A stretch of 64,000 bases of DNA from a virus (IMGVR_UViG_3300028591_000086:1-64000), one strand, 5' to 3'; numbered from the stretch's first letter, positions 48,918 through 59,417 are shown. Notes: generated by a model from the letters alone, not told the origin. Numbers and translations: made by a program.

Positions 48918-51246
48918 AATCTTCCGAAAATATATCTTCCATATAAGAATTAGTCATGTTGCCTGACCATTCGAGAATAGTATTCATTCTGTCAGATAAG
49001 TTAGGTTCCATAGATTCTAGACCAACGTTATATATAAAACATTCCGAGGTCTGACCTATACGGTGTATACGGTCTGCTAATTGTTCAAAATCGGCTTTTC
49101 TCCATGGAGGACCAAATATTATCTCAGTGTTAGCACATGTTATAGTAACACCAACACCCATAGTTTTATTTGTACCTATGAGTACTTCGCATTCTTCATC
49201 ATATATAAATTTATCTATTAAGAACTTACGATCTTTAGCATTACTACCAGTTATTTTAACATAACCTATATTATTGGTTTTACAATATTCTTCAAGTTTA
49301 TTAATTACTCCTAAACTATTTGAGAACATCGCTACTTTCTTTATAGAGTTATCGATAATATCAGTTATTTTATCCTGATTATCTTCGATAATTTTACAGA
49401 ACATTTCTTCTCGACGTTTTGGTAAAATCTCACCAATAGCTATACCCATAGCCTTTTGACGCATTCTAACAAAATCAGTTTCAAGTTTATTAAACTTCTT
49501 TAATTCTTCCTTGTCTTTGATATTTGGACGAATATACTTGTTTGCAAAATCATAAAACTGAGACATTTTATATTCGTTTACATATTTTCTTTTATCTTTA
49601 ACAATAGAATTCTTCAAGAAATTTAAATATTGCAGTTTTAAAATAGGATTAGCTCCTCTACAATATTTATTTACCATTTCTTCGAATGCAATAAATAGAT
49701 CTGCTGCGCTTTCTTTTAAACCTGCAAATATTTCATCAAATCTATCAGATATTTCTTTTTCAACTTGTTCTATATAATATCTAGTTTCATCACCTTTAAT
49801 CTTCCAATAAATATTTTCTTCGTGTTTAGGAGGAAGATTAAGTGTTTGAGCCTTAGTTTTTCTATATATGATAAGCTTAAATCTCTGATTAATTATATCT
49901 TGAGCCGATTCATTATTTATAGAGAATGCTGCTACATATTTCTTCGCAATTTCTTCTGTAAATAATGGGTCTATACACATCATAGCAGGTACGATTTCAC
50001 TAGGGTGAGCTTTTATAGGTGTACCCGACATAGGAAGTACGTCCAATATATTATTGTCTTTATCATATACCTTTTGTATAAGATTATACAAAACTATCCA
50101 TCTCTTGCCTGTTATATAACGGTAGTTTTGACATTCATCTATTACCAATAATGTTTTCTTATTTGCGTCTACGTATTTATCAATTTTATCGACACTTTCA
50201 TAATTAACAATTATTATCTTAGGATTTTTAGCAACATCGAATCTATTTTTATTAGAATCATTTTGAACATAAATATCAGTCAATTGTTTCTCTGGATTCT
50301 CTCTATAAGAAGATATTTTAGAGCAAATTTCCTCAGCCCAAATCAAAGTCAATGTATTTGGACAAACAACTATCAATTGCTCTTTTTCAAGTTGATAAGA
50401 TAAAGATATACTTGTTAAAGTTTTACCTAAACCTTGATCAAATGATAAAATAAATCCTCTTAAATTAAGAGATTTCTTTAATGAACGATATTTTCTTACA
50501 AATTCCTCTTGATGTTTCAATAATGGATTTTGTTTTAATTCGTTTTTCAACGTACTATTTAAAGGTTCTTCTTCTATCTTAGATTCTTCAAAATTTTTCA
50601 AATATGTTACGTTTACTATTCGCTGTGCCATCGCTGCGTACGATGACATATCGTATTCTTCAGCGAGCTGATTAAACAAGTTAACAACTTCCATTGCAAA
50701 GAATTCGTTGAAAGAAATGCTTTTAATCAACAATTCTTTCTTTCTCATTTCACCAGTTTTATATAGATGATTATCCCACCATCCATATTTAATATCGAAC
50801 ATTTTTGCTAATGGAGAATCTTTCTTTTTCTGTTTATCAGGATTTATTATAGTTGTTCCTGCTTCAGATTGAGAATACATTTCAGATAATCTTCTTAAGA
50901 GTGCTCTGGCATTAATGTGTTTAATTGTAACTACGTGATTCTTATTATATATTTTAAAATGCTTGTTATTTTTCCAGAAATTCTCTACATCATTACGTCG
51001 CATTCGTTTTACATGGTCTATGAATAAACTGATAGCTATACTTACTGTTGCACTTATTGCTGGTAGCATGTACATAGCAAATGTAGCTAATACTCCAGAT
51101 TCTCTAGATCTATTATTACATTCAGGTTGAATACCATACGATTCATAGTCAAACGATTTTTTATCGTTATCTATTTTATCTAGTATTTCTATTATTATAG
51201 GAGATTTTCCTTTTTCAGTTATTTTAAGTTTCATATTTTTCACCAC
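48916..51246 (-). CDS. SNF2-like SF2 helicase with an N-terminal extension
   Basis: LLKHQ, FDQGLGKT, VVCP, IDECQ, MSGTP, GVGVT, EQLADRIHRIGQ. Confidence 0.9.
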   Translation of the reverse strand: MVKNMKLKITEKGKSPIIIEILDKIDNDKKSFDYESYGIQPECNNRSRESGVLATFAMYMLPAISATVSIAISLFIDHVKRMRRNDVENFWKNNKHFKIYNKNHVVTIKHINARALLRRLSEMYSQSEAGTTIINPDKQKKKDSPLAKMFDIKYGWWDNHLYKTGEMRKKELLIKSISFNEFFAMEVVNLFNQLAEEYDMSSYAAMAQRIVNVTYLKNFEESKIEEEPLNSTLKNELKQNPLLKHQEEFVRKYRSLKKSLNLRGFILSFDQGLGKTLTSISLSYQLEKEQLIVVCPNTLTLIWAEEICSKISSYRENPEKQLTDIYVQNDSNKNRFDVAKNPKIIIVNYESVDKIDKYVDANKKTLLVIDECQNYRYITGKRWIVLYNLIQKVYDKDNNILDVLPMSGTPIKAHPSEIVPAMMCIDPLFTEEIAKKYVAAFSINNESAQDIINQRFKLIIYRKTKAQTLNLPPKHEENIYWKIKGDETRYYIEQVEKEISDRFDEIFAGLKESAADLFIAFEEMVNKYCRGANPILKLQYLNFLKNSIVKDKRKYVNEYKMSQFYDFANKYIRPNIKDKEELKKFNKLETDFVRMRQKAMGIAIGEILPKRREEMFCKIIEDNQDKITDIIDNSIKKVAMFSNSLGVINKLEEYCKTNNIGYVKITGSNAKDRKFLIDKFIYDEECEVLIGTNKTMGVGVTITCANTEIIFGPPWRKADFEQLADRIHRIGQTSECFIYNVGLESMEPNLSDRMNTILEWSGNMTNSYMEDIFSED

Positions 51247-51383
51247 AATATATTAAATTTAATTCATTAATAAGTCGATTTTAATCAACGATAATATGTA
51301 CTCTAAAATTAAAAAAGAATCTGACTCCTAGTAATTATTATTATTTATATATTATAATGATGAAATACAAATGGAGACATTTT

Positions 51384-52916
51384 ATGGATAATGAAATATT
51401 TATAGATAAAAATAGCTTAGATAAACTAAACTCTCTACACGGTAACGGTAAATACGTAATAAAATACATTTGCGTTATTTGTGGTAAAGAAGTTAAACGA
51501 AATTACTATCCAGGTAAAAAATCTTCGTACATTAAATTAAGATGTGAAAAATGTGTTAAAACTAAAGTCGATCATGGAATCGGTTACAGTAAAAATAATC
51601 CGTTTATTATAACTGAATATAATAACAACATTTTTCAAGAATTTATGAATAAAAAAAGAAATCGTGTTTGGATTAAATATAACTGCTCTAAATGCGGTAA
51701 AGAAGTCATTACTGAATTTACTTATTGGGATTATATAAGATCAGATAAATTACAACAAACAATGTCTAAATTCCAATGTAGAGAATGCAATTGCAAAGAT
51801 ACTAAAGAAATGATTCGAAATCATTCTAACATAACATACAATAATAGTTTTGAATATACCGATGATGGATATAAAATAATAAATACAATAGATGATATAA
51901 AAAAGATAAATAATAATTGTGAAAAAATAGTTTTTCATTGTTCTGAACCAAAATGTATATATCACTATGAATGGTTTAAGATGAATTGTGCTAAGAAAGA
52001 CAGATTAGATAAATATATAAAATACGGTAAATTACTTTGTCCTAAACACAGATTTGAAAAATCTTATCCAACTAAAGAAGCAAATATAAATAGAAAAAAC
52101 ACGTTTATAAATAATTGGGGTACATCTCATTTCATGAAAAACAGAGAATTCAGAATCAAATATTATAATAATTTGATGAAAAAATACGGTTCCCGTTCTA
52201 CACTGATTTCTCCCGATGTAATAAAAAAACGAAATAAAACAATGTTAGATAGATATGGTACAATATACCCTTTACAAAATAAAAATTTATTAGATAAAAG
52301 TAGAAAAAATGCAATAAAAACAATGTATGATAAATATGGTACATTACATGTTGGTTATAAATATAATTATTATGGTATATATTTTGATTCTTCTTGGGAA
52401 TTAGCAGTATGGATATATTGTATAGATAATAATATTTCTATAATAAGAAATCCATGTACTTTTAATTATACTGATTCTAAAGGTAATATAAGAAGTTATA
52501 TTCCAGATTTTATGATAAATGGACAGTTAGTAGAAGTTAAAGGTGATCATTATTTTAAACCTGATGGAACAATGGTATTTCCATATAATAAATTACATCA
52601 TAATTCTAAAGAATTTACTCTCGAAGAAAAAGAATTCATGGATGATCTTTATGAAAGAAAACACCAATGTGGATTATCTAATAATGTATTATTCTTAACT
52701 AATAAAGATATATTACCTTATATTAATTATTGTAATAATAAATATCCTAATTGGAATATATTATTTAGAAAAGATAATATATTTAATCCATCATATTATA
52801 TTTATACTATACCTTTATATAATAATAATGGAATAACTCCATATGATATTAAAAAGAATGATAAATATATAGATATAAAAAGTAAAGGTATAACACCATT
52901 TGATATCGAAAAATAA
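51384..52916 (+). CDS. Free-standing homing-endonuclease-like protein (Zn ribbons, KYG repeats, PD-(D/E)XK domain)
   Basis: Multiple CxxC, KKYG/DRYG/DKYG, YFDSSWE...YIPDF...VEVKG; convergent on the major capsid gene. Confidence 0.8.
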   Translation: MDNEIFIDKNSLDKLNSLHGNGKYVIKYICVICGKEVKRNYYPGKKSSYIKLRCEKCVKTKVDHGIGYSKNNPFIITEYNNNIFQEFMNKKRNRVWIKYNCSKCGKEVITEFTYWDYIRSDKLQQTMSKFQCRECNCKDTKEMIRNHSNITYNNSFEYTDDGYKIINTIDDIKKINNNCEKIVFHCSEPKCIYHYEWFKMNCAKKDRLDKYIKYGKLLCPKHRFEKSYPTKEANINRKNTFINNWGTSHFMKNREFRIKYYNNLMKKYGSRSTLISPDVIKKRNKTMLDRYGTIYPLQNKNLLDKSRKNAIKTMYDKYGTLHVGYKYNYYGIYFDSSWELAVWIYCIDNNISIIRNPCTFNYTDSKGNIRSYIPDFMINGQLVEVKGDHYFKPDGTMVFPYNKLHHNSKEFTLEEKEFMDDLYERKHQCGLSNNVLFLTNKDILPYINYCNNKYPNWNILFRKDNIFNPSYYIYTIPLYNNNGITPYDIKKNDKYIDIKSKGITPFDIEK

Positions 52917-52946
52917 AAGAACTCCCCAAACGGGGAGTTCTTTTTT
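52915..52946. terminator. Bidirectional terminator
   Basis: AAAAGAACTCCCC-aaac-GGGGAGTTCTTTT. Confidence 0.85.
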
Positions 52947-52976
52947 ATTTATCAGTCTATTGTATCTTTATTTAGC

Positions 52977-54884
52977 TTACTCAGCTTCAATAGTGAGTTT
53001 GCTTGTTCCCTCCGGGAAAGAGAGAGCTTGAGATTTGTTATTCTCAACCATATTTCTGTACCAGTTATCATCATTATCACTAAATGTGATACGTGTCTGA
53101 ACACCAGAGAGAATATTGATAGAGTCACGACAAGAAATGATAAGACCCGTTCTGTTACCATATTCAGGAGAAATACCTGAGTATACACGGAATGAGTATG
53201 GTAAGTAAACAGTTGTTGGCTGTTCAAGACTTAATGACTTGAGAACACCGCGCATTGGAACGCGTTTACCTGTTTTCTTGTTAATATAGTGGCGGTTGTA
53301 TGTAGAACCGATTACACGTACGTGACGATCTTCAGAATCTACGAAACCAGCACGACCATTAATACCGAATCCGTATTTTTCAGATTTACCACCAACTCCA
53401 CCTTCAGATCCATCCCAGTTAGTATATGTTACGTCTGGGATAAGGTTTGTATCCTGTTCGTAACCTAAGAGATACCACTGACGTTGAGTGTCGTCTTCGA
53501 AGTATGTTGTACGTTCTGAACCAAGCAAGTGATTGATGATAGAGAACTTAACACCAGTTTTCATCCAAGCGAGTGGGTCATTACCACCAGCAAGACGAGC
53601 AGTTACAGGGAAGTCGAAAGCGTTCTTCCAACCACCAAGCATAGGATAAAGCTTGAACTGTTCAATTGGCTTGTTGTATGCCTTATCGAGTTTCTCTTCG
53701 AATACACAGTCACGCATATTAGCGAGAGCAGAAGTTGATTTATCTGTCCAGTAAGCAACAGCAGATACACCTTCACCAGCGATATTGAAGTCATCGCTTG
53801 TTTCAGGAGCAACTGGAACAGTTGCATATGGGTGATTATCAACAGCGAAGCTTTCTACGATTTTCTTTGAACCAGAACGAATTGAACCAAGTTCATTTGC
53901 AACGTTTGTTAAACGTGTATCGAGCTGGATGTGAGTGATTGCGCCAACTGGTGAGAATGAGTAGTCACCTGAGTCGAGGTCAATCTGTCCGTAGATTTCA
54001 GCATGAGCTGAAGCAGCACCGTTGTTATAAGGAATATCAACAGCATTGTGGAAGTGCTTAATCTGCTGTTCACCGAATCCGTCATAGCGGTCGAAGTAAA
54101 CAGGTACCATTCCTGTGAATGGAGCATTTTCGTCTTCTGGGTTTGGAATAGAATAGATAATACCAGAAATCATAGGGTTCTTTTCAAGAGTGAACTTTGT
54201 TCTATCATATCCGTTATTAGCATCTGTGAAAAGGTTACCAGTAACACCACCAGTTACCTTAATCCAAACTTTTGAACCACCGTTTGTTGATTCGAGTTCA
54301 TCGAATTTTTCAAGGTTTGGCATTTTGCCAAGGAAAGTATCGTTGTCAAATGGCAAAAGCTGTGGAAGATCATACATAAATGCAAGATCACCATCGCGAT
54401 CAGCCATAGGGCGATAATACTGTTTTGTATCATTTCCCTTAACAGTATAGTTAAGAGTATATTCAAATTCTACAGTAGGATCATCGCTTGTGAAAGTATG
54501 GAACATTTCCATTGCCTTAGAACGAGCAGTATAACCTACGATTACCCAGCTGTTAAGCTTTGCTAAAGAGTTGTAGTTAGCATTGTTTGCGAGAGCATCA
54601 GCTGCTTCGTGAGAACGGAAGTTATCACGAACATCTTTCATTGTGTGACGTGCAACGTCCTTAACAAGCTGACGTGTCTGTTCATCATTTTCAACAAGAG
54701 AAGATACTAAATCATTATATTGCTCTCTGCTTGATTCATTTGCCATGATTGCACGGAATCCATCTTCAGATGTAATATCTGCGTGATTGCGGCTATTGAA
54801 TGTAACCATTGCCTCATCAAGCTTATCATGCCAACCAGCAGGAGTTAATGTCTTTTCGTACTGTTTGCTATGAATAATTTTCAT
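52977..54884 (-). CDS. Probable major capsid protein precursor
   Basis: 635 aa; visibly higher GC and codon bias suggesting high expression; GGAGG SD; helical N-terminal propeptide ending near SHE/A; last gene of a late operon with a strong terminator. Confidence 0.7.
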   Translation of the reverse strand: MKIIHSKQYEKTLTPAGWHDKLDEAMVTFNSRNHADITSEDGFRAIMANESSREQYNDLVSSLVENDEQTRQLVKDVARHTMKDVRDNFRSHEAADALANNANYNSLAKLNSWVIVGYTARSKAMEMFHTFTSDDPTVEFEYTLNYTVKGNDTKQYYRPMADRDGDLAFMYDLPQLLPFDNDTFLGKMPNLEKFDELESTNGGSKVWIKVTGGVTGNLFTDANNGYDRTKFTLEKNPMISGIIYSIPNPEDENAPFTGMVPVYFDRYDGFGEQQIKHFHNAVDIPYNNGAASAHAEIYGQIDLDSGDYSFSPVGAITHIQLDTRLTNVANELGSIRSGSKKIVESFAVDNHPYATVPVAPETSDDFNIAGEGVSAVAYWTDKSTSALANMRDCVFEEKLDKAYNKPIEQFKLYPMLGGWKNAFDFPVTARLAGGNDPLAWMKTGVKFSIINHLLGSERTTYFEDDTQRQWYLLGYEQDTNLIPDVTYTNWDGSEGGVGGKSEKYGFGINGRAGFVDSEDRHVRVIGSTYNRHYINKKTGKRVPMRGVLKSLSLEQPTTVYLPYSFRVYSGISPEYGNRTGLIISCRDSINILSGVQTRITFSDNDDNWYRNMVENNKSQALSFPEGTSKLTIEAE

Positions 54885-54940
54885 TATTCTTCCTCCATGG
54901 AGAATTCATCTTTTCCACACAGATGAGAAATATTAAAAAT

Positions 54941-55552
54941 TTATTTATTTTGAACTTGCAGATCTTTTATTAACATTTCGCTAATAGAAGTATATGTCAT
55001 AACTGCTAACTTATACTTATAAACAGTATTCTCAACAGGAACCATATATACAGTTTCACGAATGTTCCGAATTGAATCTAATAAATTCTCTAACTCAGAC
55101 ACGACGACAGTGTCTACTTTAGGATATGCATAAATTCTTTGCAATGTGTCGGAAACTGCTGATTGTAATTCTGCAAGTTTTGTATCCAATAAAGATTTAC
55201 TATTGCTATCTTTAAAAGGGTTTTTAATAGGATTATCATTTACATCAGTTTGTGTCGAATCACCATTCGTATCAGTATTTTCATCAGTTTGGTTTTCTTC
55301 TCCACTATCGGATGTTGATAAACTATCATCACCTAAATCCATTCCACCAGAACTAGCATCAGGATTCAGGTTTAAATTCATATCATTATTTTGTTCATTG
55401 GAATCGTCACTTTTCTCTTCATCCGAAGAATTAGCTCCACCAGCAAGTGGAGCATCTTCTTGGTCAGCTAAAAGCTCTCCATCTTCTTTAGAATATATTC
55501 CTAACTTATCAAACGACTTCCAAAATTCATTATTGAAGAATCCTTTAGCCAT
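54941..55552 (-). CDS. Acidic protein, possible scaffold/head assembly factor
   Basis: D/E/S/N-rich disordered region plus a C-terminal helical region, directly upstream of the capsid gene. Confidence 0.5.
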   Translation of the reverse strand: MAKGFFNNEFWKSFDKLGIYSKEDGELLADQEDAPLAGGANSSDEEKSDDSNEQNNDMNLNLNPDASSGGMDLGDDSLSTSDSGEENQTDENTDTNGDSTQTDVNDNPIKNPFKDSNSKSLLDTKLAELQSAVSDTLQRIYAYPKVDTVVVSELENLLDSIRNIRETVYMVPVENTVYKYKLAVMTYTSISEMLIKDLQVQNK

Positions 55553-55566
55553 AAAAATCTCCTAAT

Positions 55567-57648
55567 TTAAATTTTAGAAAAATCTACAGCATGTTTTAAA
55601 GGCGCAGCTATTGATTTTGCTACAATTCGTTCAATGTTATAACTTCCTAAAGAATTTTCAGCATTTCCAAAATCAAAATAATTTCCAATATTGAAACGTC
55701 TAAATATAGTATCCAGTACAAAATATATAGTGGCATATATTGCTACCGCATAAATCTCAGGATTCGATTCACTTTCAGATCTAACGTCATATGCCATATC
55801 TATAGCATTATCTATATATTCATTACCTGTATATTTTTCAAGACTACCACCAAGTTTAGTGATAACGTATTTAGGCATTTCTTTATGCTCATAATGTTTA
55901 ACTATATCACTAAATGTATCTTTTCCATAGAAAGCACATTGTGTTATAGTTTTACCATTTTTAGTTGCACATAATTTGATAAACGTATCTTTATCAATCA
56001 TCGGATAATGTCTATTGAATCTATCGATATTCTTGTCTTCTGTTATGAACAAAATTTGTTCATATTTATAATGCTCATACATAGCAGTATCACTTTCAAT
56101 GATATTACCAATACCATATCTAACAAATTCAATATAGAACTTCAAAACATCGTCTACTTCGAGTTGAAGTTCTTTCAATGTTGAAAGCACACCTTCACGA
56201 CCCATACAATAATTTGGACGATTTGGTTGTATATAGAACTTACCAGAACTAAACCATGTATGATATAGTTTAAGAATGATAAGGTCTAAAATATCTATTG
56301 CTCCATTAATTTCGTTATGAGCTTTCTTGTTTCTCTGTGTAGATCTAGCATTAAGAATTCGGAATGCACTAGCCATTAAAACTAATTGTAAAATAAATCC
56401 CGACTCAACTTTAGAGAATTGATCTGTATCCTCTACACCACTAACAAGATTTCTTACTTCACCAAATGCTCTATCAATATCTTCATTTGAATATTGTGAT
56501 TTCATACATGATTCAAGATAGGTCTTAATACCAGGAAGTACAAACTCTTTTGAACTAAGTTTCTTTTCTTCTGTTTCCGATTCAAGATTATAACTTCTGA
56601 GATAAGTTAAACCGAAACTGAAAATATTAGGATTATCTTTGTTGATTATATTTGCTGAACGGAAATACATTACGTCCAACAAAGGATCGCATTTATCTGT
56701 GAATGATTCGATAGAAATACCTGCAGCAAAAGAAGTATCCATAAAATCAGGATCTAAAACAGATTTAATCTGTTCAGCTGTTTCAGTTGTACTTGACATC
56801 AGTTTAGAAACGAATGTTTCAGAAATATCATACATTGTTCCTATTAAACTGTCCATACCTTTAAGACCAGATGTTCTATTATAGAACTGAGTCATTCTAT
56901 AGAACACGTACACCAAAGATATGATATGTTTCTTTTCTTCATTGCCTAAGAATGCTTCTCTGAGAATACGTTCGTATAATGTCAATGAAGAATTAGATTT
57001 AGGATTCTTCATAAATGAGAATAAATCTAAATCTTTGTTAGACAACTGAGAAAAAAGAATAAATATTCCATATAAAGTAAACATCAAACCAATATATGCA
57101 CAGTAGAAAATACACATATTACACATATCATCAGACATTTTACTTTTAGCAATATTCTCTTTATTCTCTTTAATGATCTCAGATGCTTTGAGATATTGCA
57201 TATCGAATGGAAGATATGAAGATTGATCAATTGCTTCTTTTTTGAAATTGTTTATTACTTCAAGAAGTTTATCGTCCAAATTAATGAGTTGATTATAATA
57301 GTTTCCTAAATAAGGTGCAACACCATTTGAATCTATAGAAACACTATTCCAATCTGCTCTAGTTAAACAAACCATAAGATTTGCTAAAATAGTTCTACCA
57401 TATTCATAGAAGAATTTACCATAATCTTCACTTGTATATACTGAGATATCATGTGTAGGAAGTTCTTCTACGTATTTATAATTCAATTCACCAAAGTTAA
57501 TAGTATAATCTTGGATTTCATCTGCCAAAGTTATACTATCGATTCCTCTAGCTTTAAAAACAGGTCTACCTGCTCCTTTACAGCCGAGAGCAATCTGTGT
57601 GGCAAATTTATATGAAAGAAACGGGTTATTTGCATCAATTGTTTGCAT
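55567..57648 (-). CDS. Hypothetical protein, probable virion head protein
   Basis: 693 aa; first gene of the capsid operon; ISIES motif; AACA-N6-TG upstream. Confidence 0.6.
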   Translation of the reverse strand: MQTIDANNPFLSYKFATQIALGCKGAGRPVFKARGIDSITLADEIQDYTINFGELNYKYVEELPTHDISVYTSEDYGKFFYEYGRTILANLMVCLTRADWNSVSIDSNGVAPYLGNYYNQLINLDDKLLEVINNFKKEAIDQSSYLPFDMQYLKASEIIKENKENIAKSKMSDDMCNMCIFYCAYIGLMFTLYGIFILFSQLSNKDLDLFSFMKNPKSNSSLTLYERILREAFLGNEEKKHIISLVYVFYRMTQFYNRTSGLKGMDSLIGTMYDISETFVSKLMSSTTETAEQIKSVLDPDFMDTSFAAGISIESFTDKCDPLLDVMYFRSANIINKDNPNIFSFGLTYLRSYNLESETEEKKLSSKEFVLPGIKTYLESCMKSQYSNEDIDRAFGEVRNLVSGVEDTDQFSKVESGFILQLVLMASAFRILNARSTQRNKKAHNEINGAIDILDLIILKLYHTWFSSGKFYIQPNRPNYCMGREGVLSTLKELQLEVDDVLKFYIEFVRYGIGNIIESDTAMYEHYKYEQILFITEDKNIDRFNRHYPMIDKDTFIKLCATKNGKTITQCAFYGKDTFSDIVKHYEHKEMPKYVITKLGGSLEKYTGNEYIDNAIDMAYDVRSESESNPEIYAVAIYATIYFVLDTIFRRFNIGNYFDFGNAENSLGSYNIERIVAKSIAAPLKHAVDFSKI

Positions 57649-57676
57649 GTCTCGCTCCTAGATTTAAAAATAATTT

Positions 57677-57688
57677 CATTAAAATGTT
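57677..57688 (-). promoter_or_regulatory. Putative late promoter of the capsid operon
   Basis: Minus AACATTTTAATG, identical to 2602-2613. Confidence 0.65.
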
Positions 57689-57716
57689 AAAATTTTAAAT
57701 AAACATTTTATTCACG

Positions 57717-57817
57717 TTTATATTATATTTATGACATAGTGTAGAAAAAAACTCTATGGGGTGTATAAATAAAGGCCTTACGATAGATAGTAATTCTATA
57801 CGAACAATAAAAGCTTA
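57717..57817 (+). ncRNA. TATATTAT-type promoter plus conserved structured 5' leader, copy 2
   Basis: Homologous to 39765-39859. Confidence 0.7.
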
Positions 57818-57828
57818 GAGGTATTATT

Positions 57829-58350
57829 ATGGAAGAAGAAAAGAAAACAACAACACAACCACAGAAATTGGAATTTAAGTTTGAAGGTGAGAAAGCTGAG
57901 AAAACATTCTCAACTTTAATCACATACCTTAGTTCTAATAGTAAAAATTGGAACAGTGACAGTATTTCAAATGTTATAAATACACATAATAAATATGTGC
58001 AAGACATCCAAACTAAAGTTGACAAATGGGTTAATGAGCATGAAAATGATGGAAAATGGTACATTCCAGAAATCAATGTTATTCCAGACGTTTCAACAAA
58101 AATGACTACATATACTGTAACTGGTGGTATGAGAAAAGTATTTGCAAAAATGCTAAAACTTGAAACATCTGTTGTAACTAGTGCATCAACTGGTCCAGGT
58201 GAACTGATTGACTTGGATAGTATTTTTGTAAAACCAGCAAAAGGTGTTATGCGCATACGCATTAAATATGATGTGTCACACGGTGACCTTTATAAAATGT
58301 CTACAGAATTGAAAAAAGAATTAACTATCAAAGTTGATGGTAAATATTGA
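57829..58350 (+). CDS. Hypothetical protein (probable early gene)
   Basis: 173 aa, GAGGT SD. Confidence 0.75.
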   Translation: MEEEKKTTTQPQKLEFKFEGEKAEKTFSTLITYLSSNSKNWNSDSISNVINTHNKYVQDIQTKVDKWVNEHENDGKWYIPEINVIPDVSTKMTTYTVTGGMRKVFAKMLKLETSVVTSASTGPGELIDLDSIFVKPAKGVMRIRIKYDVSHGDLYKMSTELKKELTIKVDGKY

Positions 58351-58491
58351 TTTCGATTGTCTTACTAAATTGAATCTTGAAGATGTCGATGCTGCATAAT
58401 ATAAACCCGAAAGCACGAAAATGTGAGTAGGGTTATTTTTTATTTTTTAACTTGATAATGATAACTATAAAAAATCGAGGTTTTATTATAT

Positions 58492-59382
58492 ATGAATTTA
58501 GAACGAAACACTGACGAATTTCTTATTAAAAAATTAAAAGATAATTTATATATGAAATTCGGGAAATCTAATGAAAATTACCAACAAGATATTGAACAAA
58601 TTTTAAATTTGTTTAAATCTGTTGAATCGTTTGATTCTACAAACGATAACGATACTGAAAAATGTAAATATATTTTCATAAGGTTATATAATCCTGTATA
58701 CGATAAAAAAATCTCTCCTACTAATATTCTCAAACGTGGACAATATGTTACTGTAGTAAACAATGTTTATGTTGCACACGCAGCTATAAATTATGATCTG
58801 AAAGATAAGTTTTGGGGACTTACTGGTTTAAAAGATAAAGGCCAATACGATTTTGCTATTGAAAGTTGTACAAACCCTACTGGAAATACATATATGGAAA
58901 ATTGTGATATCCAGAAAAGCACATGTTCAGTATATTGTATTCGATGTAAAGATGATGAATATAGTAAATGTAAAAACATTATATTAAAATATGCTAGAAA
59001 CCACAAAATATCTTATGACGTAGCTCATAATTTCATAATGGCGTTATCTGGGATAAAACGAAAGTTTTTCACTAAGAAAGATAAACGTCGAATCGGAAGG
59101 GAATCTCTTGAAATAATGAGTTTTGAATCTGAAAAACAAAATACGCCTAAAGTACAAGAAAAATTCGTATGTTCTACATTAGTAGCATATTTCATATACA
59201 GTACTATTTCAACAGTAAGAAATTGGTTCAACAATCATAACGTGGATTATAACCATGTCACCCCGTCTGACATAGTAGACATTAGAGGTGTCAAAAAACT
59301 GTTTACTTGTAAATGGTGCGATTATAATAAAACTATTAATGAATATGTGAAAAAACACCCAGAATTTGGCGAATACAAATAA
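58492..59382 (+). CDS. Permuted papain-like (NlpC/P60, YiiX/YaeF-type) amidase/peptidase
   Basis: VAHAAI (His), SYD, KFVCSTLVA (Cys), VTPSDI in the permuted His-before-Cys order; AACT-N6-TG upstream. Confidence 0.7.
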   Translation: MNLERNTDEFLIKKLKDNLYMKFGKSNENYQQDIEQILNLFKSVESFDSTNDNDTEKCKYIFIRLYNPVYDKKISPTNILKRGQYVTVVNNVYVAHAAINYDLKDKFWGLTGLKDKGQYDFAIESCTNPTGNTYMENCDIQKSTCSVYCIRCKDDEYSKCKNIILKYARNHKISYDVAHNFIMALSGIKRKFFTKKDKRRIGRESLEIMSFESEKQNTPKVQEKFVCSTLVAYFIYSTISTVRNWFNNHNVDYNHVTPSDIVDIRGVKKLFTCKWCDYNKTINEYVKKHPEFGEYK

Positions 59383-59417
59383 TAATTACGTGGTCTATAT
59401 AGACCACGTAATTTTTT
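59383..59417. terminator. Bidirectional terminator
   Basis: AATTACGTGGTCT-atat-AGACCACGTAATT. Confidence 0.8.

Noticed and set aside
57729-58262. Antisense ORFs overlapping longer genes (this and many similar short track entries)
   Set aside because: Shadow frames lacking SD sites, lying opposite genes that have a clear SD, promoter and terminator
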